Notes: generated by a model not told the origin, from the sequence alone. A DNA stretch of 64,000 bases from Camelus dromedarius (GCF_036321535.1 NC_087436.1:20896001-20960000); one strand, 5' to 3'. Counted from the stretch's first letter, positions 25,127 to 38,240 are shown. Numbers and translations: made by a program.

Positions 25127-27512
25127 AAAAAGCCAACTCTGAAATAACTTCTGTTCATATTCCATCATTGGAAACAAATTGCATGGCTGCCCCAAGACGC
25201 AAGGAGAAAGTTTCAGGAACTAAAGTTCCTGACAGTGACCTCTGAGTGATCACGCCTCACTGTGGAAGAGGAAATGTGGGTTTTGGTGGCCACGTGGCCA
25301 CCTTCACCTCCATTGGTAGTGAACTGTACCATCAGACAGATGAAGAGTAAACTGAGGCTTGATTTTTCAGTTAAACTTGGAAGAGCAAGTGGAGTAGGGA
25401 AGGGTAGAGGTTAGAATAAGAGATTTGAGGCTGATCATGATTTTTCTTCTCTGCTTAAGAAATATTCATAACAATACACTTATTTATTCATTGACCAAAC
25501 AAGTATGTATAGAACATCTCGTAAGTTACAGATCTAGGTTCTATGGATCCAGCAGTAAACAAAACAAAGTTTCTGCCTCCCTGAAGCATACCTTCTAATG
25601 TAAGAGTCAAAAAACAAGCAAATACTCAAATAGATACAGAATGTCTTGTTGGAATGAGTGCTGTGAAGGGAAGTTGGGGAGGTAAGGGGATTGAGGATGA
25701 CAAAAGGGAAGATGTCTCTACGGAGGTGACAGCTGAGCAGAGGACAGAATGATGGGAGGAGGTGGCTGTTTAGGACACCTGAGCATAAAAAGCAAGCTTG
25801 ACCTTTCCAAGGAACAGCAGAATAGCCACCTCCATTTCAGTGGTGCTGCATGGGTTTAATTTATGCCATTCATGATGGGCTGCTTAGGAAAGAAGTACTG
25901 AGGACTGGAAAGAAGATCAACCTTGGAGCAAAACAGCATGGTTCAGAAACGGAGTCTGCCACCTAGAGCTGGTATTATTTTTTTGCAAATCATTAATGTA
26001 TTTGCTCCTCTGATTTTTTTTCACTAGCAAAACAATGAGACCTATCTCACTGAATTATGACAAGATATATGTACAAAATAATGCACATAAATTATTCCTG
26101 CTACACAGCACACTGCAAACATGCAGTAAATATTCATTACTCCTCCTTTCGCATTGGACCTAGGGGTGGTGAGTGGGAGATGATCTCTTTCCCTTCTTTC
26201 CATTCTTCCTCAAGCTGGACAACTTTCACGCCTTGTCCGTTTCCTAAGTCCTGACATTCTTTTCTCGTCTCAGACAGCTGGCCTTGCTTTGCAAAGATGA
26301 GGATGAGGAGAAGGACAGAATGGCAGTCATTCTACAAGGAGACGGACATTGGCATAGTCATCCCTCCATCTGTGAACCCCTCCTCTATAATTCACATCAT
26401 GTTTCTAGAGTTAAGGACTTGGTTGGGAGAAGCCAGACGTTCATGGCTCTGCACCACAGTGTGAAAGTAGAACTTCTAAGCAGGCCTCCTCCCCATTTTC
26501 ACTCTGTGTTCATTATTCATTCATTTCATTTAAGCTCTGGGACAGGCTCTTGTCCTTTGGAAAAGTGTTGGGGAAAGATGAGACCAGTGTGGGTTTTTTT
26601 CCTCAGACTCATCTTTGTGGATTCTCCATCAGCCTTGTGAATTGATCATGGCCAAGAAGCATTCATTGTCACACTGATTTGGTTTGGTTTGACACAGATA
26701 CGTATCTAGAAGTCCTACTGTGCTTCCACTGGAACAGGTGTGTATTAGACCACAAGCTACAGTCTGAATTACTCTGTAACGCATTGCTTTACATGCCATT
26801 TTGAGAGTACAGTCCCCCTCTTCTTTCCGAATGTGTTTATCATCACAGTGTATACTTGTACCTCTAAATTTGTCTCTTTGACTTAGTCGTTTGACAGCAA
26901 TATCCTCCAGGCATTTCTCCCCCTCCCTTCCCACCAAACCAGTAAGTCTGCAGCTCCCTGGGGCAGATCTCAGGGCTCTCCATCTCCTAGGAAGCACCTC
27001 GTTACACTCAAGAGTACAATACACCACAGGTCGTTAAACATTTAACTATTTATTTGCAGTTGTGGCTACCGACACCCGAGAGTCCTGGTTGTGAAGCCCT
27101 TTTTCTCAGTTTTAGCTCAGTTCTCAAGCTTTACCACATGACTAGCACTTAAAGATATGTTTACAGAGCCCTTTTGACTAGATTTTGTAACCATTCTTTT
27201 CACTTGCTTGGAGTCAAATCAAGTCTTCCTTTTTCCTTGGACTGGCCTATCCTATCTCCAAGACTCCTCTATCTCAGATACTGGGAAATACTTCAGTCAT
27301 TTCATTTTTTAGAACACTCACCAATTGAAACACACTGAATTGCAATCTCAGGACCTCAATGAGACCAACAGAACATCCAAAAGCATCATCATAATGGGGC
27401 TATGTGAACTCTGAAAATGTGAAAGAGTACTAGAACATCTCTGGCCTCTGTAACAGCAAGAGCCCATTCTCATGAAACAAGAAGGGCAGTCATTTCCTAG
27501 AGAACAGCTTAC

Positions 27513-27984
27513 GTTACCGTAGCCGGGAAAGCCCGGCCCAGTGCCGTCCTCTCTGGCCCCTCCACCTCCCTCAGAGCTTCACCTCTTCTCTCAACATCTT
27601 GCTTCAAGTAAACCCACGCAAAGATGCTTTCAGAAACATCTGTACTCTCTCATGCGGGAAGACAAGCAGAGGGGATATCCTGCAGGAGGAAATACCAGTA
27701 AACAGTAACACACCAGCAAGGACATTCGTGGGGGGTATCTGCAGACACTCCTCAGGACTAAACAAGTCCACAGATACGCCCCACTCCATGCAGCAAGCCA
27801 CTGAAGCTTTGTAAATGCTGCAGAAAACATCTGTATTCCTTTACATCTCCAAATGCCAGCCTCTGGTGTGTCGGGGTAAGGATGCGATTTCATGGTGCAA
27901 GTGAAAAATACACATTTGCCTCAACTTTTCTTTCCAAAAAACACCTTCAAATCCTTCATGAATCTTGGACTGTGGTACAGTTGA
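27513..27984 (-). pseudogene. Pseudo-exon with internal EYRCFLxHL repeat
   Basis: Acceptor gctttcctag, donor gtaagc or gtaacg; several long overlapping ORFs; CpG-richer than the flanks. Confidence 0.55.
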
Positions 27985-28709
27985 CTAGGAAAGCTCTGTG
28001 CCTTGTACTCATTAAGTTTTTTTAAATAAATAACTGCTAAAAATCAATGAATTGGAGGATGGGAAGTTCCCTTAGCGATTGTCTAGCCTAGGCAGATGGT
28101 ACCTTTGATAAAGTGGGAAAACTGAAAAGCAAAAACATCTTCATGGTCGTCAACATAGGAGCCACTTATTACATTTGAATTTCTACAGAATACTCTAGGA
28201 AATACAGAGAGCTGTTCAATAAGAAATCAAAGTATAATCTCTTGATCCTAAGCTTAACTAATTGTACTAAATTAGAGGAATGAGTCAGTATTTTTTTCCT
28301 TTTAGTAAATAAATTGAGTTTTATTGGGACAACTTTGAGTCAATGTAAAAACATTAAAAGTTCAATATATTTTCTGAGGTTCTTTGGCATTTATGAAGAA
28401 TCTAATGAATAAAATACATGCTAACTATAAACATTTTGTGTGATAACAAAGATGATAAGGAAGACAATAAAACTGTTGTAGTCTTGCAACAGAGATAGGC
28501 AGTTAATATTCTGATATCTCCATATTGTTGACTATCATTATTTGAATAATTAAGTCTCTTTAATAGTCTTTATTTCACTCAGTTATTTTACCATCAGCAT
28601 TGTCCTACTGTGGTAGCCAGTGTCCAAGCCATCCTTCATTGATCCTTACCTCCTGCTACGCACACCTGGTGCAGTCCCTGCTCACTGCACCAAGACTGGA
28701 CTGTGCCAT

Positions 28710-29625
28710 CAACCTAAACAAGCAATTCTCCAGGGAATACATACAAATGATCAATAGGCACATGAAAAAATGCTCAATATCACCAATTATCAGAGAAATG
28801 CAAATCAAAACTACAATGAGGTATCACCTCACACCAGTCAGAATGGCCATCATTCAAAAATCCACAAATGACAAATGCTGGAGAGGCTGTGGAGAAAAGG
28901 GAACACTCCTACACTGCGGGTGGGAATGCAGTTTGGTGCAGCCACTGTGGAAAACAGTGTGGAGATTCCTCAAAAGACTAGGAATAGACTTACCGTATGA
29001 CCCAGGAATCCCACTCCTGGGCTTGTATCCAGAAGGAACCCTACTTCAGGATGACACCTGCACCCCAATGTTCATAGCAGCACTATTTACAATAGCCAAA
29101 ACATGGAAACAGCCTAAATGTCCATCAATAGATGACTGGATAAAGAAGAGGTGGTATATTTATACAATGGAATACTACTCAGCCATAAAAACCGACAACA
29201 TAATGCCATTTGCAGCAACATGGATGTTCCTGGAGAATGTCATTCTAAGTGAAGTAAGCCAGAAAGAGAAAGAAAAATACCATATGAGATCGCTTGTATG
29301 TGGAATCTAAAAAAAAAAAAAAAAAAAAAGCATAAATACAAAACAGAAATATACTCATAGACATAGAATAAAACTTGTGGTTGCCAAGGGGGCAGAGGGT
29401 GGGAAGGGATAGATGGGATTTCAAAATTGTAGAATAGATAAACAAGATTATACTGTATAGCACAGGGACATATATACAAGATCTTATGGTAGCTCACAGA
29501 GGAAAAAAATGTGACAATGAATATATGTATGTTCACGTATAACTGAAAAATTGTGCTCTACACTGGAATTTGACACAACATTGTAAAATGATTATAAATC
29601 AATAAAAAATGTGAAAAAAAAGAAA
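28710..29625 (+). mobile_element. Young 5'-truncated L1 with ORF2 C-terminus still open
   Basis: The 236-aa ORF matches the L1 ORF2 end (…[13 protein letters not shown]…[13 protein letters not shown]…); 3'UTR and poly-A present. Confidence 0.95.
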
Positions 29626-30813
29626 GAAAACTATTTTTAAGGGCTACCTAATATTCTGTCCTATAAAATGTACCATGATTTAATTGACTACATTATTCTT
29701 GGATTTTCAGGTTGGTCTTAATTTTCTGCTCCTTTATTTATTGCAGTATCCATCTTTTTGCAATTGTCTGTATCTGTGATTAGTTTCTTAGCACAGACTC
29801 AGAAATAAAATAAATAAAACTATTAACATTTTCAACACTTTTGACATTTATATATTATTTTCCAAATTTATGGTACTGAGTAGTCTCATCAATTTAAATT
29901 TTTGACTCATAAAAGGCAGATCTGTGATGTGACTGAATTGTATCTGTTTCTAGCACCAAATATTTCTGATGTATATTTAGCTGTTTGCCGTTTATTTTAA
30001 ATGCTAGTCTAGAAAAATTAAATCTTAATATCCATTTGCATTTTGATTATATCTGATGCTGCAACTATCCAATGCAAATACATCATCTTTCCCACCATAC
30101 TTGTTCTCTTTCTGTTTTTTTTTTCATCTCAAGGAATAGCTCCACCATCCTCATAGTCTACCAATCAGAAACCAGAGAGTCAGCTTAGTCTATTACCTGT
30201 ATCTCATCCCTTCCATACACTCTGTCCCTTATTTTTATACCTCCCTTTCCTTCCAGCCCCACTGCTGCTGCCTCAGTGCAAACCTTATTCAGCTCTCTTC
30301 CAGACTGATCCTCCCCTTCGATTTTCAGTCTTCTCTTACCCATGGCTCTACTTTGTGATAATGAATTTGTTACTCTTGGAAGCACTAATGATAACTTGAT
30401 GTTATTCAACTATAATCTCTTACAATTATCTTCTATTTTTAGGACTGTATTCCAGCACACCAGGATGCTAGTATTTCATGTATAAAAGACTGTACCTGCT
30501 TTCATGAAAAGACACCTGAACAAATTATACCTGCTGACCGTAGCAAGGCATGGCCTTCAATGACCATGTCAATGAACCGTCCCTGAGGATTTAAGGATTG
30601 CAGATGCAAGTCTCAGCAGCATCAAGGCAAAATCTACCCTGAGTGAGCATCATTCCTTTTTCCACCTCTCTCAGAACTTTCACTCTAGTTGGGGTTTTGT
30701 TGCACAACTGATTTGGCACAGACTGCAGGCAGCACCAGACAAAGTGTAGACAATGAGGAAACGTCACATGTTAAAGATGATGCATCATTTTCCCTGTGTC
30801 TTTCAACAGTTAC

Positions 30814-30997
30814 CTACATTGGAGAATTTTCATGTTCAGAGGAAGAAAGATTGTAGTTCTTCCAAGTAATAAAGTTAATTTTTGTTAATTATCATAAAAC
30901 TTTTCTCACAGAAAAAAAAAATGAATGCGGTATTAAATTTGGCTTTGGATTATCTGGTAATATTCTCATGTCAATTCTGGGCCATCTATTTTGTTGG
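30814..30997 (-). pseudogene. Pseudo-exon copy B of duplicated exon (NKIDGPELT*EYYQIIQSQI*...LYYLEELQSFFL...FSNV)
   Basis: Acceptor tctttggtcactacag, donor TAG|gtaact; paralogous to 32351-32552. Confidence 0.7.
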
Positions 30998-31925
30998 CTG
31001 TAGTGACCAAAGAGATGGAGTAAACACAGATGGAGTACAAGTTTGGATGTACCTTACAGGTATTGACCAGAATGTGGGATTTTTCATGTAGTCCCTCTAG
31101 CTGACTAGTATATAATAGAGCATATTTTAAAATGACGCCTTAACCAGAGCTAAAAACAAGTGTGTGCTTTAATTTCTATGGGCACAGAGATAATTTCCAT
31201 GGTTCAAGAGATGCATCTTCTAAGTTGAGGCGGTTTCTACTGAGACTAATGTAACTACAATTTGAAGAGACGTTCAAAGAATATATTTGAACGAGTCCCA
31301 TTTTGTTTGGTTCCTGTTATCTAAGCAGTCATTTTTCACTTTCAGTTAAAATTAGCCCAGAACATTCTTCAGGACAGCCCCCTGCATTCCTGACATATTT
31401 CCGCAAAGGGCCCTTGGTTGGAGGCCCCTATCCCCACAATAGATTATTTTTGGTCAGTTTTTTATTAATAATATTATTCATAGTTGTAGCTACTTTTTAT
31501 TTGACAAACCCAGTGCCAAAACCCATATGCACATTTCCTCATTTAATCCTCACACCAACACTGCAATGTATTTATTATTAATTTTTCCATCTTCTAAATG
31601 GAGAACCTGAAGCTCGGAGCTGAGCACGTTGACCACAGTCACAGAGTTAGAGGCAGTCACAAGCCGGCCTGGTGCCAAAGCAAGTTGTCTCAGTCCTGAC
31701 GCTGGTTCTCCTGGTGTGACTCGCTGCACGGTAACTTCATATCAGACTGACTTAGGACCTTGATTCTTCTAAGGTAACTCCTAAGACTTTGAACAAGTCA
31801 CTGTACATTAGGGCCCTGATTTATGAAGAAACATCCCTGCAGGGTATTAACGTGGATTTAACAAATTCCAATTCCTTCCTGCTCACAGGAGAGGCCTGTA
31901 TATATTCTGTGCTCTGCTGACTTAC

Positions 31926-32128
31926 ACGCTTGAGTCCTATTTTTAGTGCCTCCTCGGGGGTACACAATAATATTTCTCCCAGGGCACTGCTTTCTCAGGG
32001 TCTAACTCTCAAGTGAGGTCAGCTTTTGCCGGGATGGACTTGTGACTCGGTCTGCACAATTTAAGCTTTTCCTACACACACAGGAACTTCCGGAAGGGTC
32101 CCCTGCTCCTAGAAAGTCTATCATGAGC
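31926..32128 (-). pseudogene. Pseudo-exon between the duplicated exons (LMIDFLGAGDPSGSSCVCRK...LES*TLRKQCPGRNIIVY)
   Basis: Acceptor ttgttttag, donor T|gtaagt, 203 nt, phase 2 to 1, bridging both neighbours; one stop. Confidence 0.55.
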
Positions 32129-32350
32129 CTAAAACAACTAGCCTTTCCCAGACCAGTTTAGTGATATCTAATTGTCAAATAAATGTGTCTTTAAAAATAA
32201 AATGACATTTTAAAATGGTTTTCCATTCTTTAGAGTAATTAGGATCACAGGCCGTATTCAATCAGCCCCATGGTAGAACGTCCCATGGCCCCTGTTTTCC
32301 ATCTTGTCTTTCTCTTGTCCTTTTCCCTCCCACACTATGTATTCTCTTAC

Positions 32351-32552
32351 CGACCTTTGGAGTATTTTGGTGTTCAGAAGACGAGAGATGGTAGTTATTC
32401 CAAAAAAAATTAAGTTAGCTCTTTGTTAAATCATTATATGATTTTTCTTGGGAGGAAATGAATATTCTCTTCAATTTGGCTTTGGATTCTCTGGTAGAAT
32501 TCCTGTATCAGTTCTGGGCCATTTATTTGTTGCCTCAAGTTCCCCAAAAGAA
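32351..32552 (-). pseudogene. Pseudo-exon copy A of duplicated exon (LLGNLRQQINGPELIQEFYQRIQSQIEENIHFL...)
   Basis: Acceptor gcacttag (alternative exon start 32563), donor CG|gtaaga; aligns at DNA level with 30814-30997. Confidence 0.7.
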
Positions 32553-32579
32553 CTAAGTGCACACTAAACACAGGTTAAA

Positions 32580-32900
32580 GGTAACATTAATAATGACTGA
32601 TGTGTGATCAGCACTTTGTAGCTTACAAAGTACTTTTACAAATATTAAGTCATTTAACCCTACAACAACTTTCAATGAAAGGAAACAAAACTTTCCTTAA
32701 ATGTTTATTACAAGCTAGGCATGTTAGTGTTTTATATTTAGATGCTCCTTTAATCTTCACAAAAGTCCTTCAAGGCATGTATTATCTCTGTTTTACTGAC
32801 AATGAAACTGAGGTTCAGAGAGGTTAACTAACTTACCTAGCGTCAGACAGCTCTAGGATTCAAGCCAGGGTGTTGAGATGCAAAATCTGGTGCCTGCCCC
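32580..32900 (-). mobile_element. MIR SINE fragments (other MIRs near 1.6, 2.75, 11.8, 13.2, 26.0, 31.55, 40.85, 49.8, 55.1, 58.35 and 61.95 kb)
   Basis: MIR core aatgaaactgaggttcagagaggttaactaactt. Confidence 0.75.
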
Positions 32901-33333
32901 TGTGCTGTTTCTGACATCCCAGCCTACTAAGGTGGTCCGCAGATTCATCCCAAAGGACACAATCAAAGCCATGGGAGCCACAGCGTCTACCATATGCCTC
33001 ATTCCATAGTAACAATTTTTACTGTGTTAAGTAGAGAGGCTTACATGTCTATCCACATCCCCATTAGAGCTCTAAATTCTCTTCTCTGATGTTTCTTCCG
33101 TAAACTTCTTAATTTCAGATAAGTAAATTAATTCCTTCCTGGCTTTCCTTCCTATGCCACGGGAAGGTAAAAGACTAGTACAGGACGAAGATATATGAGT
33201 TTTCATTCCACTTCTAAATGTTTCTCAAGTTCATGGGTAACTCAATTGTACCAAGTTCTCATGTGCATCACTGCCCAGATTATTTATGTCCACTAACCAC
33301 CTCAGATGTGTACTCTGACTGGATCTGACTTAC

Positions 33334-33471
33334 CCAAAAGAGGACTGAGCACTTCTGGATGACCAAACTCATACTTTTTGCTACTTGCCGGAAGAGTACT
33401 GAAATAGTAACCTGAAATGGCCTCAGAACACACTCTGCTAATGAGCTGGTATAACATCAATTTTCTGTTTT
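33334..33471 (-). pseudogene. Pseudo-exon, open in phase 1 (ENRKLMLYQLISRVCSEAISGYYFSTLPASSKKYEFGHPEVLSPLL)
   Basis: Acceptor ctattaaag, donor TGG|gtaagt, 138 nt with no stop in this frame. Confidence 0.5.
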
Positions 33472-34663
33472 CTTTAATAGACAGAAGTCCTACTTTGTGA
33501 TTTAGACAAAGGAGGGTGACTAGGTGAGTGAGGCACTTGGGTGGGATGAACTTTAAAATCGCTTGAATCCAGAAATCCCTGGAATAAATCCCACCTGATA
33601 GTGGTGTATGATCCTTTTTTTAAATAATAATAATAATAATAGTAAAATATATCACTCGAAAAGAAATTTTCTCTCTTAATACCTTCTAAGACAAATTTTA
33701 GAAACAATACATAACTGATTTTGTCCCAAATGATAAGTTTATACACACAAATGCATGTATATGTGTGTGATTGTGTATATATACTTCATTATCAAGTAAA
33801 ATCGCCTTTATGATAATGAGGAAAATAGTCCCATAAGTCTGAAGTGTAATAAGAGTGAAATAAACTTAATGAGTGTTTTGAAGTATCTGAATCACTATAA
33901 ATACAAATGCAAACCCAAGTTTCCAGTAGACTTTAGAATACATGGCCTATGAAATTCCATAAAAGACCAGCTTTCAGATATGAGATCTTCAATATGAGAC
34001 TTTCTATATAAATATTTCCTTTAAGTTAACAGCTATTGCATGGTAATAGTTTCTAGGACAGCATGACCTGCAGTCGGTAGTTTTGCATTTAACTAAACTT
34101 TTCACACGAATCATACAGCAGGTTCCCGACAACATGTTTCCAAATGTGTCTCCTAAGATACAGTGGAAAATGTGACTTTTATTTACAACTTAATAAATAA
34201 CTCAATGATGTGAAGTGTTTTAAGTACAGCAATGTGCTACTTTAAACAAAGTACTGAAAATATATAACTGACTGTGTCTCGTTGTTTTCACTTCTTTTAA
34301 GGTTTAGATTTCCTTTGCCCGCCTGTCTGATTTAACTTGAAAAAAAAAAAAAACTTATGGAAAGTGGGAACCTTGGATACTTCAAAGTTAACCAAGATCA
34401 AAGTCCAATGAGGTCCCCTGAAGAAGGAACAAACCAGCCTGAAAAATGTGTCGCGTTGATACTGGCTTGAAGTCTCTTAGTTTACAGTTTTGTACCAAAG
34501 CCTCGACCTTGGATTTATCAGTTATCTAAGCGCTGGGCTTTCTTATGGAAAAGAACAGTTGGCACAGTTTTCCCGGGAATTCAAGCACAGACTCATCCAC
34601 ATGAGCAGGTAACTAATTTCTCACTTGGTAAGTGAAACACTGACAAGGTGAGAGGCTTCTTAC

Positions 34664-34772
34664 CTACTGCATCTTTGTCCACCATGGATAACTCCTGACA
34701 AACGGACACCTTCCACACACTGCACCTTGTTTAACCATGGAAACCTCGTCTTTTACTATGAATTCTGCCTTC
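34664..34772 (-). pseudogene. Candidate pseudo-exon (EGRIHSKRRGFHG*TRCSVWKVSVCQELSMVDKDAV)
   Basis: Acceptor ccatttcag, donor TAG|gtaaga, 109 nt ending in phase 1. Confidence 0.45.
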
Positions 34773-35439
34773 CTGAAATGGGCCCACATAAGAACACTGA
34801 AATCAGTTACTCTACCTTACTCTCTCTGCTTGATGACCCTTAGGAGTGAGACAGTTTCCTTAAGGTTTTGCAGGATTCCAAAGTAGTTTCTCAATCTTCC
34901 CCGTCTCTCCATCATTTTAGGGTCTGGGGATTTGGGCTTTTGCTGAATTCAAAAAATGCAGAATCATTAACATGCGAAAAGGTAGTGTGGTCTGTTATTC
35001 AGAAGATGCCATGGGTGTTCTTGAATGTTCTGCTTCATTGAAGCCCTCCTACACCACACATGTTACCAGTAAAGGCACAACGTTTTTTCCTTGAAATGGT
35101 CCATGCTGTTTCATTTGAAACGGTGTGTGCTGCTGCTGGGTGTTCTGTGGTTCTGTCTCAACAGCAGCGCTCAGAACTCACATTCAGCAGGTATCAGCCA
35201 ATAGGCCCTTTGGTATCAGAGGAGGAAATAAATCACATTCTCCAGAAACACCCATCTGTTTTGAATAGTCCCATAGATAGATGGCTGTCTGTTTCAAGGA
35301 ATATTTAATGTTAAAAAAAAAAAAAAAACTAGTCCAAACAGTTTACTCTCCTTAACTCTACGCAGCAAGAGGTCTTCCAGTAAATGCTTCAAAACTGCCT
35401 AACAGGAGAGGCCAGAAACATCCCTCTGTGATTCAAAAT

Positions 35440-35457
35440 GAAAACGGAAAGCGAAAC
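35440..35457 (+). promoter_or_regulatory. ISRE/IRF-like motif
   Basis: GAAAACGGAAAGCGAAAC contains GAAANNGAAAC. Confidence 0.3.
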
Positions 35458-36059
35458 AAGTTACCAATAATCTTTATGACTTTGGTGACCTCTAGTGATC
35501 AAAACAGAGAACAAACGTACCAGCTTTGTTTTCCTTGTGGAGAAGAGGGGTCTTCCAAAGTCAGGAAGTGTAGATTCGTTTTCATTTTTCGACTCAGTCT
35601 TTAAATAATGGGTTTTTTATTAGTAAACAGAAATGTATTCTCATGGTAGAACATTTAATAAGCAAAAGGAGAAAAAAAATCTCAATATTTGAGAGTATTT
35701 TTTTCGGTCTTTTTTCTATATATTTACATACAGGTTCCCACCAACTCACAAAAATAGGTAATTCTCTACAAAAGGATCATACAGGACAATTATTTTGCAA
35801 TGTATATTTTTTTACAGTATATGGAAATGTTAATATACTCTTTCAAATTGTAGTTTTAATAGTATGTTGTGACTGTCTTCCCATGTCATTAACTATCCTT
35901 CTACACATTATTTGTATTGATTATAGTATTTCATGATAATTTGTGTAAGCATTTCTCTATTACTGGCTATTTAAACTGGTTTTTTTTTTTTCTATTATCC
36001 CTGGAGCTAATTCTTTGCACTCTGCCAGCATTAGAGCATAAAGCCTTTTATTCTTTCTT

Positions 36060-36260
36060 TTTTTTTATTTTTTAAAAACATTTTGTTATTGAAGTATAGT
36101 TGATGTACAATGTTGTGTTAGTTTCTAGTGTACAGCAAAGTGATTCGGTTATACATGTATATATCCTTTTTCATACTCTCATTCATTATAGATTAGTACA
36201 AGATACTGAATGTAGTTCCTGGTGCTATACAGTAAGATCTTGTTTATTCATTTTATATAA
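36060..36260 (-). mobile_element. Short L1 3' fragment
   Basis: attgaagtatagttgatgtacaatgttgtg L1 3'UTR in reverse. Confidence 0.85.
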
Positions 36261-37016
36261 GATAAAGTCTTAGAAATGAAGCCTCTGATTTTAAAAATGT
36301 GCAAAACAGAATGGTTTTTGACACATAATATCTAATTGCCAGATAATTCTAAGAAAGAAATGGTCACCTAGACACAATAATAGTGCCCTCCAATGGGAGC
36401 ATGTGGTGAGCTGGGAACTCCTTGGCAGCCAGTCTGCATGCAGAGCTGCCACCCAAGCATGAAGGGCCTGTGGCTGAAGAAGAAACCAAGAATAAGCAAG
36501 ATGCTGCGTGTGAGCTGTGGAACAGCACTTGCCCATCAATGCAAGGTTATGCCACTTGGAAAAAAAGGAATAAATAGAGACTTATCAGATTCCGAGGAAC
36601 TCTGTTTTGTAAACACCTTTAAACATAGGGTTCCCACATCAGCAAAAATCCTCTAATTTGACACAAGGTATCCATTCACCAGCTATCAGCTGAAGGTTAT
36701 ATGCAGAAAGTGTTTGCTAAAGGCTTAATTTGTTTTCATGGTTTTTGCATTCACGGGGTAAATACAAAGTTCTCTTTTTCATCTCTATGGAGATGCATAG
36801 GTTAGGGAAATTTTGCCATATAGGGGTAAGTAGGGAGAACAGAGTATCTGAACAACTTTTTTGGCAATTATCAGAGTAAGGGTAGCACCCTGTGAAATAT
36901 TTTCTAAATGTGTAAATTAAACTTGCTGACCATACTACTCTAAGTTTACAATGTCAAAGACACGTACTGTATTCAGCAACCACACTACATGTCATCTCCC
37001 TCCCAGGAGGACGTAC

Positions 37017-37516
37017 TAGAATATCACAGCGCTGTGTCATTTTTAAAAACCATAGTCATGTCCCCTTAATATCAAAGACAGAGAGTAAGAAGCAGGCAAG
37101 TCTTCTGGGTTGGTTAGCACTGAGGGAAGATGGAAGGCATGGCCAGCATGAGCTGTAAAGTTCGAGAGGCCCTGCCTCAGAGCAAACGACGTGTACCAGG
37201 TCCCTGCGGTAGAAGCCTCATTTGGTGAAACTGAAGGATGTGTTACAAGATCCAGCCAACTTGCCCTTGCTCTCAAGCCACACCCTCGGGCCATGGCTGG
37301 TCTCCCACTTTGGCTTCTCCCTGAGATTAAATAACCGTAGCAGAAGAACAACCTCCACAAGAGAGGGGCTTCTCACGCTGGGCCCTTGACCTTCTCCCAG
37401 CATGAAGATACAGGTGCCACGAAGATGTCGATGCTTTTTGATTCCAGGCTAAATCTGTGCATCATGGGTCCCAGGCGTGGCATCGTCTCAGATTCTGAAT
37501 TTCAGGCTACTTCTCT
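37017..37516 (-). pseudogene. Candidate pseudo-exon (ERSSLKFRI*DDATPG...IKKHRHLRGTCIFML...)
   Basis: Phase-1 start matches the previous exon; donor gtacgt; weak acceptor; long ORF fragments 37043..37403. Confidence 0.4.
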
Positions 37517-37702
37517 CTGATAATATATGCCTTCCTCTATTAGTTAGAGCTATATGAGTCCACGCAAAATAAATCAATGCTGGCTAATGGAGACCAGAAT
37601 AAATGAAAACAAACAAACAAAAAAAAACAAAGTGTAGCTCAGGGGATCCAGAAGAAAGGTACTAAAGGTAGTTTCTTCTGAGCCTGGTTAAGAAGAACCA
37701 GC

Positions 37703-38240
37703 GCAAACAACCCAAATGCCCATCAACAGATGCCTTGATAAAGAAGCTGTGGTATATTTATACTATGGAATACTATTCAGCCACAAAAAAGAATAAAATA
37801 ATGCCATTTGCAGCAACATGGATGGACCTGGAGATCAACATTCTAAGTGAAGTAAGCCAGAAATTGAAAGAAAAATACTATAAATCACTCATATGTGGAA
37901 TCAAAAAAAGAAAAAAGAAGACACTAATAAACTTATGTACAAAACAGAAATAGACTCACCGATATAGAAAACAAACTTATGGTTACTGTGGGGGAAAGGA
38001 GGTGGGAAGGGATAAATTGGGACTTGTAGATTTACAAATATTAACTATTATTTATAAAATAAACAAGTTTCTTCTGTATAGCACAGGGAACTATATTCTA
38101 TATCTTTAGTAACCCATAATGAAAAAGAATATGGAAATGAATATATGTTTGTATATGAATGATTGAAACATTATGCTGTGTACCAGAAATTGACACACTG
38201 TAAACTGACTATACTTCAATAAAAAAAAAAAAAAAAGAAG
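37703..38240 (+). mobile_element. 5'-truncated L1 with TSD
   Basis: ORF2 end, 3'UTR and poly-A; TSD aagaagaaccagc at 37690-37702 and 38241-38253. Confidence 0.92.

Noticed and set aside
26629..27027. 132-aa minus-strand ORF as another pseudo-exon
   Set aside because: Its 5' part resembles an L2 3' end; no convincing donor or motif.
28600..29310. Longest ORF (236 aa) as a host gene
   Set aside because: It is the L1 ORF2 C-terminus read through from an LTR fragment, and its start is not ATG.
34302..34608. Plus-strand exon (ttttaag...CAG|gtaact)
   Set aside because: No ORF or partner exons; a lncRNA exon cannot be supported from sequence alone.
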